Below, one piece after another: positions 35,246-46,650 of a stretch of DNA of 64,000 nt. Every line of letters starts with the position of its first letter. The stretch's first letter is position 1. A model generated the notes under the pieces. That model was not told the origin of the DNA and did not search any database. It was given only the letters and a program-made list of their open reading frames with translations. Made by a program: the position numbers and the translations under genes. Source of the stretch: a virus (lineage: Duplodnaviria; Caudoviricetes); the IMG/VR virus record IMGVR_UViG_3300047539_000055. One strand, given 5' to 3'.

Positions 35246-36268
35246 ATGAAAATACTATTTTCCACACAAAGCGGGTCACAATTATACGGCACTTTTACCT
35301 CGACTTCAGATGTTGATTTGAAGCATGTGGTTTTGCCATCTTTGAATAATATGTTGCTCGGTAAAAGACTCACTAATGAAGTAATCAAAACCAACAACAA
35401 AAAATTTGAGAGAAATTCTGCCGAAGATGTTGATATTGAAAATATTCCTGTGCAGATTCTTGCATATGATTTTCTTGGTGGTCAGACTTATGCCTTGGAG
35501 TTGGCCTTCGCAGTTGATTACACCGAAGCTGGTCAGATTATTCATGATCCGTTGATCCTTGGATTTTGCAGGGAACTTCGTTGCAGATTTCTGACTTCAA
35601 ATATGTCAGCATTGATTGGTTATGCTGTCAATCAGGCATCCTTGTATTCTTTCAAGGGTGAACGATTGAATGCTGTTCGCGCTGTCAAGGATTTATTTTT
35701 GAATATTGGATTGATTCATGGCCCTACTGCCAAACCAAACGAATATTCAGTTGAGTTTGAAAATATGGCTAAGGAAATTGAAAAACAGTTTCCAAAGTCT
35801 TTTTCTATAACTGAATACGAAGTTGATTGCAATGGAACTATGAAACCTTGTATCAAGGTGTTGGAAAAGATTTTGCCTTATACTAGCACTTTTGAAACTA
35901 GTCTCAAGGTTGTGAATGCTCAGCTAAAGAAATATGGTAGTCGTGCAGATGCGGCCTCCATTGATAACGTGGATTGGAAGGCTACTTCTCATGCTTTGCG
36001 TGTTGTGGAAGAGGGCATCACTTTGTTGAAAGACAGAAATCTTATTTTTCCATTCAATAAAGAGTATGTTGATTTGCTTGTATCAATCAAATTGGGCAAA
36101 CTTCCATACAATGAAGTTATTGATATGATCAATGTTAGACTGGATGAATTGAAGGCATTGGAAGTTGTATCTACCTTGCCAAAGAGCAGTCCAGAATTGG
36201 CAGAGTCATTGAATACATGGCTTGCAGAATGGTTGAGGCAATGGTATGGACTCCCGTACACGATCTAA
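35246..36268 (+). CDS. Pol-beta-superfamily nucleotidyltransferase (RlaP-like)
   Basis: GSQLYGT...SDVDLK; DWKA.SHALR...IK.G C-domain. Confidence 0.82.
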   Translation: MKILFSTQSGSQLYGTFTSTSDVDLKHVVLPSLNNMLLGKRLTNEVIKTNNKKFERNSAEDVDIENIPVQILAYDFLGGQTYALELAFAVDYTEAGQIIHDPLILGFCRELRCRFLTSNMSALIGYAVNQASLYSFKGERLNAVRAVKDLFLNIGLIHGPTAKPNEYSVEFENMAKEIEKQFPKSFSITEYEVDCNGTMKPCIKVLEKILPYTSTFETSLKVVNAQLKKYGSRADAASIDNVDWKATSHALRVVEEGITLLKDRNLIFPFNKEYVDLLVSIKLGKLPYNEVIDMINVRLDELKALEVVSTLPKSSPELAESLNTWLAEWLRQWYGLPYTI

Positions 36269-38435
36269 AGGTTGTGTCGTAAATATTCCACAGATGGGCG
36301 TGGCATATATTCACGCCTATACACCATGTATACATTCAATACGGGAGAATGGATTTCCATTGAGCATAAGAAAGTTTAAGAAATATTGGAAAGAAAAATA
36401 CAATGTACGAATTGTTTCTCCACGTAAAAACGGAGGATATAGTGATTACAAATTCATCTTTGAAGATGAAGGCGCTTATGTATTGTTTATGTTGGAGTGG
36501 GCATAATGCTTATAAAAAGTTGGAAACTAAAATCAAAATATTTTGATTCGCAATTTGATAGAGTTGCCAATACTATATGGTATATATGGTGTGATGAACG
36601 AATGAATCAGGCGAAAGATGTATTAGATGCCGAAAAATGGGAAGAACGCTTTCATTGTAAACCATTGATTTCTAAATCAGAAAAAAATACTTGGGATGGA
36701 TTGATTTTTAATGATGAAGCGCATTATATGCTATTTCTTTTGGAGTGGGCATGATTGAAAAAATTTGGGATAAAAATTTACCTGATTACGATAAAAATTT
36801 TGATCTAATTAGCGATAATATTTGGGATGCTTGGCGTGAAGAATGTAATAGTAAGCCTCTTGATCTTCATAATGATGCTGTAAAATTTGAAAGAAGATTT
36901 AGTTATAAGCCAATAATTGGTGAAAGTAAGAATTGGAAGGGTTTAAGATTTAGAAATGAAGGCCACTATATGCTGTTTCTTTTGGAGTGGGCATGATTAG
37001 AAAAATTTGGAATGCTGATTCACCTAATTACGATAACCAGTTTGATAAAGCCAGTGACAATCTTTGGGATGTTTGGCGCGAAGAATGTGGGGATGTTCGT
37101 AATAGGAAAAAATTTATAGAAAGATTTGGTTATAAGCTATTTGTAGACTCAGGCTCTTGGGATGGTTTGATATTTAGAAATAAGGGCCATTACATGCTGT
37201 TCTTATTGGAATGGAGCTGAAATGTATAAAGCTTCCGTTGAATATATGGGCATCACTTTTGAACATGCGTGGCAACATGCAGTTGATGAGTTACCACTAG
37301 GATGCAGCGGAGAGGCAGTCATTCGTTATTTCAAAGAAAATTATGATGTTGAACTCATTTATGGAATTTCGACTGAGAGGTATGGTAACAATTTTGGGTG
37401 GCAGTTTGCCGAATTTAAAAGTAAATCAGCATATGTGATGTTTATGTTGGAATGGAGCTAAATGGCATATCAAGTGTGTATCAAACCTGGAAGTAAGCAA
37501 TTTACACCCTTTGTTCATACTATATTTCATAGAGCGCACGAGGCAATATTTGAGTCTTGTACTAATCCTAGTATGAAGGAATTGCGTGATGCTTGGTATG
37601 AGAAATTTAAAGTAAAAATCATTTATAAAAAATCACTTGAAACTTGGACGCATCTTGAGTTTGAAAATAAAGGGGCATATATATGTTGTTTATGCTGGAG
37701 TGGTCATGAAATATAGAGCAACTTATAAGAGTATATTGCCTACTTATAACAAGGCATGGGGGGCATTACATACTCCATTCATTCTTAATTGGACTTGGGA
37801 AAAAATTGAAAAAGAATTCAAGGAAAAACATCACGCTACTTTAATTCGTTCAGCAGAAACAAATTTTTTTGAATTTATTGAATTTGAAAGTGAAGGCGAT
37901 TTTGTATTGTTTATGTTGGAATGGAGTTGAAATGTACAACACGACACCTAACAAACTTGGCGTAGCATTTGATAGAGCATGGGATGCAGCATCCGTATCC
38001 ATAGATGAGGGTAGTATAGATCAAATAGAAAAATATTTCAAAGAACGATGGAAAATTACTTTATCTGATAAAATTCTTGAAAAATCTGAAGCTTGGAATC
38101 CGTATGTATGGGAATGTGTAAGTTTCAAAAGCAAAGCGGCGTTTGTATTGTTTATGTTGGAATGGAGTTGAATGAAATACCAAACAACAGCAAAAGCATT
38201 GGGAAATGCATTTCACAATGCACATCAATCATTATGGAAGAATGGTGAATTCAATCATACCCTATCGGTTAAGAAACAAGTTCAGGGTTGGAAAGATAAA
38301 TTCCATGTTAAAATAACTGGTGGACATTTTGATAATGTTTTTTCAACAGGAGAAAATGAATGGAATACTGAAGATGTTGTTCTTGAATTTGAAAGTGAAG
38401 CAGCATGTATGTTGTTTATGTTGGAATGGAGTTGA
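36246..38435 (+). repeat. tandem array of 9 small ORFs ending F..E..(Y/F).LF(M/L)LEW(S/A) (tail family C)
   Basis: ORFs 36246-36506, 36506-36754, 36751-36996, 36993-37220, 37222-37461, 37462-37716 (frameshifted tail), 37706-37930, 37932-38171, 38172-38435; DNA tgtttatgttggaatggagttga recurs at gene ends. Confidence 0.85.
37462..37716 (+). pseudogene. family C member with +2 frameshift in an (AT)4 run just before the tail
   Basis: deleting one AT at 37677-37684 restores GAYMLFMLEWS* with an ATGA overlap onto the next gene. Confidence 0.7.
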
Positions 38436-38436
38436 T

Positions 38437-39006
38437 ATGGCAATCTTAGTAACGGCTGATCCGCACTTCGGGCACCGCAATATTTTGAAATTTTGTTCTC
38501 GTCCGTTTGCAAATGTAAACGAAATGGACGAAGTGTTGATCAAAAATTGGAACAGTGTAACTCGACCGGAAGACGAAATTCATGTTGTGGGTGATTTTGC
38601 GTTTTGCTGTACGATGGATTATGCGTTGAACATCATGAAGAGATTGAACGGCACAAAGCATTTGGTCACTGGTAATCACGATGAACTTGCTCTCAAGATG
38701 AATGATATACGACCAGGCACTTGGAAGACGATCAAAGAAATGAATGAAATTGTCATTCAGAATCAGAAAATTGTTTTATGTCATTATCCAATAGCCGATG
38801 GACATTGGCATCATGCGTATAAAGGAGTATGGATGCTATACGGTCATGTTCATGGAACTTTTCAAAATCCAGGAAAATCATTGGATGTAGGCGTTGATTG
38901 TTGGAATTACACACCGGCAAACTTTCAAGATATCAAAAAGAAAATGGATGATCGGCCAAATCCATTTGTAATACAGAAAAAAGATCAATGGGATAAATCA
39001 GAATGA
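38437..39006 (+). CDS. calcineurin-like metallophosphoesterase
   Basis: ADPHFGH, VGDF, GNHD, LCHYP, GHVH. Confidence 0.9.
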   Translation: MAILVTADPHFGHRNILKFCSRPFANVNEMDEVLIKNWNSVTRPEDEIHVVGDFAFCCTMDYALNIMKRLNGTKHLVTGNHDELALKMNDIRPGTWKTIKEMNEIVIQNQKIVLCHYPIADGHWHHAYKGVWMLYGHVHGTFQNPGKSLDVGVDCWNYTPANFQDIKKKMDDRPNPFVIQKKDQWDKSE

Positions 39007-39157
39007 AAAGAGAAACAATGAACGCATTTTTCAATAAAGTTTGGCACGCAATAAGAACTTTCTTTGTTGCGCCTGATCATGTGTTTGCAGATGAACTCAC
39101 TGACGAAACTGGTCGTCCACTAACCGATGAATCTTTAGATGATATCACAGAGGAATA

Positions 39158-39747
39158 ATGCCTAGAAAGTTGAATCATATGATGAAATGGCAAGATGATA
39201 CTGGAGAAGAATTACATATCGGGGATGTTGTGCGGTTTGCTAGTAATAATGAAAATTTTTATTATCCAGCAGAATTTCCTAAATTAATGGGAAAAATTGT
39301 TCCTTTATCATTTGGTGATGGTGATACAAATATAATATGTATTCAATGCGAAGGCAATTCATCAACAAGAAATTTGCGAAAATGTTGGTCAACTAGAAAG
39401 GTATCAGACGAAGAAGCAACACTTTTTATGTTTGGATTCTGATTATGAAAAAAAATTTTTGGGACAAAAATGCAAATAAATTACGTCAAGGAGATTTAGT
39501 TTTTATTACTGTGTATGAGCCAATGCTAAGGCATACTGCCCCCACACTTATGTTAGGCAAAATAATGCTGCGACCACCTGACTATTATGGAAATACTAAG
39601 GTTGATGTGGATTTGGGTGATAGTTGTCTTAGTAAAAGAACACGATACTCAACCACGTTAGAACTCGCAAATGGGTTGGAAGACGAATATAATCAACAAG
39701 TTAAGGATTATGACCAATATTTGATGCTTTATATGTTTGAGTCATAA
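39158..39747 (+). repeat. two KVGD-family ORFs (39158-39442, 39445-39747) with family D tail
   Basis: ELHIGD...VSDEEATLFMF; LRQGD...LMLYMFES. Confidence 0.65.
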
Positions 39748-39749
39748 AA

Positions 39750-39835
39750 ATCCCAAGTCTCTGAAAATAAAGGACTTGGGATTGCTGTTTCTATTGACTT
39801 TCTAATTGAAATTTGGTATACTATATTTGTAGTTG
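39750..39835 (+). promoter_or_regulatory. early promoter cassette with IHF-like site
   Basis: aagtctctgaaaataaaggactt, TTGACT(39794)-17-TATACT, atatttgtagt leader. Confidence 0.7.
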
Positions 39836-39837
39836 AA

Positions 39838-41187
39838 ATGGGGTATTCAGTGACCAACACCAATGAAATGAGAAAGGCCGCGCTGAGTGTTATGTCTACA
39901 CTCACTAAGGCAGGTTTTGTCTCCTATATGGTTGGCGGTTGCGTTCGTGATACTCTGCTTGGCAAGGAGCCAAAGGATTTTGACGTAACCACCAATGCTA
40001 CTCCCGATCAGGTTGCTGCACTTTTCAACAACTCTGCTTTCGTTGGTGCACATTTTGGTGTGAGCCTTGTAAAGTTTGAGGATGCTGATGTGGAAGTTGC
40101 TACTTTTCGCCGTGATGGTGAATATAGCGACAATCGCCGCCCTGACTCTGTTGAATTGACTTTGGATGTTCGCGAAGATGTTACTCGCCGCGATTTTACT
40201 GTCAATGCTCTGTTGATGGACGAAAACGGAAATGTGGTTGATCATGTTAACGGTTTGGTTGACTTGAACAATCGCGTTCTGCGTTGCGTTGGAAATCCTG
40301 ATGATCGTTTTAATGAGGATTCTCTGCGAATGCTTCGCGCAGTTCGTTTCTGTGCCATGCACGAATTTGTGCTTGAGTCTGATACTTTCAATGCGATAGT
40401 TCGTAACGCACATCTTGTCAAGAATGTCAGCGCAGAACGTGTTGCTGGCGAATTGTCCAAGATGCTTGTCAGCGGTCATGCCGATGTTGCTTTTGATCTT
40501 CTGTTGGAAACTGGTTTGGCAAAGTTTGTAATGCCTGAACTCTGTGACTTTGTAGGTTGTGAGCATAACTCCAGCTTTCACCCCGAAGGCGATGTTGCGA
40601 ACCATGTTCGTCTCTTGCTTGCTGGTTTGGAAAAGGGTTGCTCTTTGACTCTTGCATTGGCAGTTTTGCTGCACGATGTGGCGAAGCCGCGTACTCGTGG
40701 CGTTACTAAGGAAGGTAAGACTCATTTTCGTGGTCACGAAAATGTTGGCGCTGATATGGCAAAGGACATACTGCATCGTTTGAAGTTTTCTAACGATGTT
40801 ACCGATGTTGTTGTCAATCACGTAAAGAACCATATGAAGTTTTTCGTTGCGCGTCAGATGAAGCGTAGCACTCTTATGCGTTTCTTGCGTTTGCCGAACT
40901 TTGCTGAACTTCTGGCACTTGGCAAGTTGGACGTTGGAGCCTCTAACAAGGATTTCAGCGATGTTGAATTTGTTGAGCGTTTTTTGAAGGAACACGGTGA
41001 TGAACTGACTCGTGAACGATTTGTAAATGGTGACGACTTGATAGCGATGGGTTTTGTTCCTGGTCCTAACTTCAAGGTGTTGCTTGAGCAGGTTGAAACT
41101 GAGCAGTTTGAAAATCGCTTGACTACTCGTGAGGCCGCGCTGAATTTTGTTCGTGCGCGGTCACCACGGCGAGAAAAGAGAAAGTGA
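39838..41187 (+). CDS. cca: CCA tRNA nucleotidyltransferase / poly(A) polymerase family, with HD domain
   Basis: VGGCVRD.LLG..PKDFDV, RRDFTVNA, EDSLRMLRAVRF, LLHDVAK. Confidence 0.88.
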   Translation: MGYSVTNTNEMRKAALSVMSTLTKAGFVSYMVGGCVRDTLLGKEPKDFDVTTNATPDQVAALFNNSAFVGAHFGVSLVKFEDADVEVATFRRDGEYSDNRRPDSVELTLDVREDVTRRDFTVNALLMDENGNVVDHVNGLVDLNNRVLRCVGNPDDRFNEDSLRMLRAVRFCAMHEFVLESDTFNAIVRNAHLVKNVSAERVAGELSKMLVSGHADVAFDLLLETGLAKFVMPELCDFVGCEHNSSFHPEGDVANHVRLLLAGLEKGCSLTLALAVLLHDVAKPRTRGVTKEGKTHFRGHENVGADMAKDILHRLKFSNDVTDVVVNHVKNHMKFFVARQMKRSTLMRFLRLPNFAELLALGKLDVGASNKDFSDVEFVERFLKEHGDELTRERFVNGDDLIAMGFVPGPNFKVLLEQVETEQFENRLTTREAALNFVRARSPRREKRK

Positions 41188-43337
41188 TGACAGTCGGTGA
41201 TTATTTTGAATGTAAAACAATTGTTAATGATGGCTGTAAAAATATAACTAACGTTGGAACATTAGTAGGTATTTTTGGTGAAGGACTACTAATGATTCAG
41301 ACGGAAAAATTTTTACTTCATTTTGAAAAGAAAGATTGCCGCAAAATGTCCGATGGTGAAGCAATGCTTGCGAAATTGGAGAGTGAGTAATGAAAATCGG
41401 TGATTATGTAATGGTTAGATTTTCAGCCATGGATATTTCTTTTGGTAAGATTATTGAGGTAGGATCGCGGAAGACAAGGATGGATAGTAGAAGTATTATT
41501 AGAGTTGAATTAATCAATGACCACGATGGCGTCGATCCAAGATATAAAGTACCACCTGAGTATCTAACAGTATTGACTGATGAAGAAGCGATGCTCAAGC
41601 GATTGGAGTATTAGAATGAAAGTCGGTGATTTTGTAATAGTTAAGTTTCGACAAGATGATATTTGCTTTGCGAAAATTATTGAACTGAGTTCATCTCAAA
41701 ATATTCTGGTTAAATTAATTGGGGATGATCCAAAAAATTACGAATTAACGGTTGGACTAAGTATGGTAACAGTATTGACTGATGAAGAGGCGATGCTCAA
41801 GCGATTGGAGTATTCAGAATGACCACTACACCAAAAATCGGTGATTATATCACGGCTGATATACCTGCTCATGGCAGTGTGAAAGCATTTCATATGTTTG
41901 GTCAATTGTCATCAATTTTGGATAAAAAAGAGTATATGTTCATATTTATCGTTACCGATTTTAAAAACCATGATCATCGAGTTGGTTTTTTAGAAAACGA
42001 ATTGATAATCCTTTCTGATGAACAGGCAATGTTACATATGTTGGAGGCCGAATAATGAAAGTTGGTGATTATGTTATTACATATAGCCGTACTAATGATG
42101 ATATTGTCCATTTGGATCACATAGTTGCCTGTGGTGTTGCTACAGAGTTTGGTGCTGATACCACAGTAATTGTGAAGGATCGTTTTGGAAATAAAGATTG
42201 TGCTTATATCGACAGAGCCGAAAAAATTGATGAAGGTCGTTATATGTTATGGATGTTGGAGAACTAATGAAAGATGTAAACAATAACGAACTCCATGTTG
42301 GCGATTATGTCAAATTCAAGCACCCAAACGCAATTGACTTTACTATGAGTGCTAGAAACGGTATTATTATAAAAATTAACCAAAACCAAAACCTAATAGA
42401 AATTAACCAATACCTATCTGATGGTGTTGTAATTGATGAATATGGAGATGGAAAAATTTGGAAAATTCCATCAAACGTTCAGCTTATGACTGATGGTGAA
42501 ATAATGCTGTATATGTTGGAGAACTAATGAAAAATACCTTACAAAACGGTGATTGGGCCAAATTTGAAGATTTGATGTTTGTAAAAGTGGTGCAGGTTAA
42601 CCTTAATAATGTCAAAATTTCTTATAAAGGCACTGAATATCTAATTCAAAAGGAGAAGCTTAAAAAAGCAACTGATGGCGATCTGATGTTGTGGAAACTT
42701 GAACATCCAGACGAGAAGATTGGAAGCTAATATGACAGACAAAAATGGAAGCAAACTTGAAATTGGCGATGTGATTTATTTTGCGTTCAAAAAATTATCA
42801 AAGGAAGTTTATATCATCAATAATATATCTCGGCAACCTACTTGGCAACCTATTGAATGGGCGGAAATTCGTAACAATCATTATGGTACAATGTGGCAAG
42901 CTGGCTGTGATATTGAAAAATTATCTGATGGGAAGGCAATGCTATGGATGTTGGAAAACTAAGGAGAATTGAAATGAAAACTAAACTAAAAGTTGGCGAT
43001 TACATAAAAAATACTAATGCCGAAGGTAAAGTTATTGGCAAACTCGTAAACATCCACGAATTAGATGATGATGATACTGTTTACTGCCCGGCAGAATGCC
43101 AGACCGATAATTGGATGATATATCCGATTGAATTCGTAGAAAAGGCAACAGACGAAGAAGCAATGCTGTTTATGTTGGAAAACTAAAGGAGAACGATATG
43201 AAAAAGATTATTGGGAAAGATATCAACGGCGAAATCATTAGAGAAGGCGATTTTATGACTCATAAAACAAAAGGATTTGTTATATGGACAAGAAATCAAC
43301 AAGAGAAGCATATGTTTTATGGATGCTTGAAAACTAA
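41184..43337 (+). repeat. tandem array of about 10 small KVGD (KOW/SH3-like) ORFs ending (S/T)DEEAML.MLE (tail family D)
   Basis: 41184-41390, 41390-41614, 41616-41822, 41819-42055, 42055-42267, 42267-42527, 42527-42730, 42732-42962, 42974-43186, plus a broken copy at 43198-43337. Confidence 0.85.
43198..43337 (+). pseudogene. internally deleted, frameshifted family D member
   Basis: starts KDINGEIIREGD; tail KKSTREAYVLWMLEN* lies in the -1 frame ending at 43337. Confidence 0.65.
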
Positions 43338-43368
43338 CGCAATTCTAACCGAACTAAAGGAGACTGAA

Positions 43369-43701
43369 ATGAAAAAAAGAGCATTTGATCCGAACAAAGA
43401 TTTATATTGGCGTGATAAAGACACTGAAGAGGTTGTATATGTTGAGCAAGATGGAAAGTGGGTTCTTGCCCCGCACAAAGAAACCGACGAAGAGTTTGTC
43501 AAAAAACTATATCCCGAAGCAAGGCTGGAACTGGTTCATTATTTGCCTCCTGCCAGAGATAATTTTTATCAATATCAAATAAATCTTGAACCCGAAGCAC
43601 GAAAGCAAAATCATACAAGCAGGGGCAGACATCCGATCAAGGAATGGACTAAAGCCAGAAATAAGATTGACAGAGAAATTCGGAAAAAGTTTGAAAACTA
43701 A
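43369..43701 (+). CDS. hypothetical protein
   Basis: strong AAGGAG RBS before ATG 43369; ends IRKKFEN. Confidence 0.6.
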   Translation: MKKRAFDPNKDLYWRDKDTEEVVYVEQDGKWVLAPHKETDEEFVKKLYPEARLELVHYLPPARDNFYQYQINLEPEARKQNHTSRGRHPIKEWTKARNKIDREIRKKFEN

Positions 43702-43732
43702 CGCAACAATAACCGAACTAAAAGGAGACAAT

Positions 43733-43954
43733 ATGAAGACGCAAAAGTTCAACAATTTTAGATATGTTCAAGAATTTTATTTTGATAAGGCTATAACCCT
43801 TGAAGAAATGAAAAAGCGATCCGCAGATTGGGAAGACGATTTATGGACGCCTTGGGCAGATAACAACATAAAAGGGGTGGAGATCACAGCGATGGCTTGG
43901 TTTGAAAGTGTAAAACCAGGCGAAGAACGAGCAAAAAATACAAAGGAGAACTAA
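43733..43954 (+). CDS. hypothetical protein
   Basis: AAGGAG RBS. Confidence 0.55.
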   Translation: MKTQKFNNFRYVQEFYFDKAITLEEMKKRSADWEDDLWTPWADNNIKGVEITAMAWFESVKPGEERAKNTKEN

Positions 43955-43955
43955 A

Positions 43956-44168
43956 ATGAGTGATTGGGAAGAACGTAAGTCGTTATTGAAAATAATGCTT
44001 GCCGAAATTGAAGCCGATGAATTGGCAAAAAAGCCGAAGCGTGGCAGACCGCCATTATACACTAAAGATGAAATCAAGGAACGCGTTCGACAGCAACGCA
44101 AGAAGTGTTGGGATAAACACGCGAAACAATATTACGAGAATCGACGTAAGAAACTGAAGGAGGTCTAA
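43956..44168 (+). CDS. small basic protein with AT-hook
   Basis: KPKRGRPP; AAGGAG RBS. Confidence 0.6.
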   Translation: MSDWEERKSLLKIMLAEIEADELAKKPKRGRPPLYTKDEIKERVRQQRKKCWDKHAKQYYENRRKKLKEV

Positions 44169-44169
44169 A

Positions 44170-44466
44170 ATGGAAGTCCTGACTTGGATATGGGCAATGT
44201 TTTGGATATTTGTAGCAATACTGATTATACTGCTTATAGGATTGTCTATAGTATCCTACGCAATCAAGAAAATCAAAAAACCGCAACCGATAATCAAGAA
44301 AATCAAAAAACCGGTCAAAAAGCCGATCAAAATGAAGGAGGAAACGAGCGGGCTTGTTAGACTGCTCAAGATGATCGTAAAATTCGTATTGTGTTGGTGG
44401 TTGTTTTGTTTGTTGTTTTGGGGAATAGCAATTGTCCTGGTTGCGGCCTTCACTCTTATCAACTAA
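44170..44466 (+). CDS. membrane protein with IKKIKKP repeat
   Basis: two TM helices around a duplicated basic loop; GGAGG RBS. Confidence 0.6.
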   Translation: MEVLTWIWAMFWIFVAILIILLIGLSIVSYAIKKIKKPQPIIKKIKKPVKKPIKMKEETSGLVRLLKMIVKFVLCWWLFCLLFWGIAIVLVAAFTLIN

Positions 44467-44491
44467 ATCAAATATTTGGTGTAAAGAACCG

Positions 44492-46021
44492 ATGGAAAAC
44501 AATTTTGACAAGAAAGGAGTGGGTATTTTTAAAAAAGGTTATGAAAATAGTTCGCACGTTTTCATAGCAGTGGTGGACTTAATTTGGCCAGAGCGTGTTT
44601 CTGATTATGGAAAATATTCACAAAACATTCGTTGTATGACAGATGGTGAAGAAATGTTATGGATGCTGGAGAACAAATGAAAGACATAAATGACACTCCG
44701 TTAAAAATTGGAGATTATGTTGAATTTCGAACAAGCGGTGCATTATATTCAGTTTTTGCTACACCATTTGATAAATTTGGTATTATTGAAGAAGATGTCG
44801 GGAGCATGATTAGAAGTAGATATATTGTTAATGGTGTCAGTCGTACTCAAGCAAAATATCCTGGAAATTTGCGTAAATTAACTGACATTAGCAAAATTAT
44901 GTTGCTCATACTGGAGAACTAATGAACGATTTTTATTTTGATGTAAATGGAAATGAAATTGTATTTGGCGATCTTGTTTGGTTTCAAGATAGTACAAATT
45001 TTCATGCCGTTGGAAAATTTGAAAGTAAATGTAAATGTGAAGCGTATACGGATGAAGAGCGTGCCTGGTTTCATATATCTTTTACTAACGCGACAACACA
45101 GCATAGAACATTGGAAGGAATAAAACGAATCCCTGATACACATTTGATGTTGATAAAATTTGAAAGCTAATATGAGCCAAATACTAAAAGTCGGGGACTA
45201 TGTAAGATACGATGCCAGCAATGGTACGTTACCACCATTGATTGGTAAAATAGTTGCGCGAGATGAAAGAAAGCATTATTGGAATGTACGTTACCACCTT
45301 GATATACTTCCATCACAAAGTAAATATCTTACTAAAATGAGCAACGAAGACGCGATGCTGTATATTTTGGAAAATAATGGAACAAAAATTTAAAGTCGGT
45401 GATTATGTAAAATACGGTGTCCGTGATGGAAAGGGATATAGCGCTCTGGCTAAAATTGTTTGTAAAGATGATGAAATTTTTTCAGGCTGGCAGACTTGGA
45501 GAATATCATTTGTTACTGATGCTAATGATGTTTCCTATCCAACATCAGAAACATATATTACTAAACTTTCAGATGATGAAGCAATGATATGGATGTTGGA
45601 GCTATAATGGAAAACTTCAAAGCCGGAGACTTCGCAAAATTTGATTGTACTGATGGAAGGTCACCCGGATTTCTTGTTAAAATTCTTAGTAAGGATCGTG
45701 TAGATAATATGATGTATGATGCATGGAAGGTAAAATATAAAGGGCGAGAGTATGGTTACATAATGGAAAAACATCTTACCAAAATGACAGACGAAGAAGC
45801 AATGTTGATGATGTTTGAGGAGCAATATGAAAGTCGGTGATTTTGTCAAATATGATGTCAAGGGTACTATGGTGCATGTTGGTAGATTGATTGAATACAA
45901 ACCAACAGTGAATTATTGGATGGTATTTTATTTTCAGCCACAATGCATTCTTCCATCACTGCCTGAATTCCTTACTAAAATGAGCGATGAAGAAGCCATG
46001 TTGTATATGTTTGAAAAATAA
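44492..46021 (+). repeat. tandem array of 7 family D small ORFs
   Basis: 44492-44680, 44677-44922, 44922-45170, 45172-45393, 45377-45607, 45607-45840, 45827-46021; KVGDYV starts and ..EEAML..(L/F)E ends. Confidence 0.85.
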
Positions 46022-46085
46022 GGACTTAGAATAATCTTGACTTTTGGGCATAAATTTGGTATACTGTATTTGTAGTCGAGAGGGA
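46007..46085 (+). promoter_or_regulatory. early promoter cassette with IHF-like site
   Basis: tttgaaaaataaggacttag; TTGACT(46037)-17-TATACT; tttgtagtcgagaggg. Confidence 0.7.
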
Positions 46086-46088
46086 ACA

Positions 46089-46484
46089 ATGAGTACTCGT
46101 AGCGCAATTCTTGAAAAGACGGATTCTGGTTATCGTGGAATCTATTGTCATTCAGATGGTTATGTTACAGGTGTCGGCAAAATGCTTGTCGAAAATTTTA
46201 CTGACCCTGCAAAGGTATCTGCGCTTATTGATCTTGGTGATATTAGTTATCTTGAGGAAAATCTTGTTCCGACAGAATTTCATTCATTTGACAAGCCACA
46301 AGAAGGCGTTGTCGTAGCTTATGGCCGTGATCGTGGTGAAACAGGCACGAAAGCGGTTCGAGGAAAAACCATCAAAGCAGTTGCGAAAAAGATTGATCAC
46401 GCATATTTGTATGTTTTTGAGGATGGTCATTGGTCGGTAGACGGGAAATCAATAGATGCCCTGCTACTTAAGTTGGAGTCATGA
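46089..46484 (+). CDS. conserved hypothetical phage protein (IYCHSDGY family)
   Basis: MSTRS.I...IYCHSDGY...VG..L; ends LLLKLES. Confidence 0.7.
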   Translation: MSTRSAILEKTDSGYRGIYCHSDGYVTGVGKMLVENFTDPAKVSALIDLGDISYLEENLVPTEFHSFDKPQEGVVVAYGRDRGETGTKAVRGKTIKAVAKKIDHAYLYVFEDGHWSVDGKSIDALLLKLES

Positions 46485-46650
46485 TGTTGATTGTTATGCT
46501 CATATGTGCTGGATTATTGATTTGGTCAGTTATCCATGAAATTCGTGACATACGCAAAAAGGAATTCCTCGCAAAGTTAATGGATTGCGAATATGTCCAA
46601 ATTGGGTATGGAGATTATTTCATACCCAAAAATTGAAAAGGAGAATCAAA

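Noticed and set aside
36246-38435. CRISPR array or integron cassette array
   Set aside because: Repeats are degenerate, in-frame coding gene ends spaced about 220-260 bp apart; no attC-like palindromes, cas gene or integrase in the window
39847-40995. 382-aa antisense ORF inside the CCA-enzyme gene (likewise 56162-56707, 57284-57847, 60581-61129)
   Set aside because: Fully overlaps a well-supported + strand gene, has no motifs, and is explained by codon bias
41184-46021. Diversity-generating retroelement behind the variable ORFs
   Set aside because: No reverse transcriptase in the window and no template/variable repeat pair with adenine-specific differences was seen
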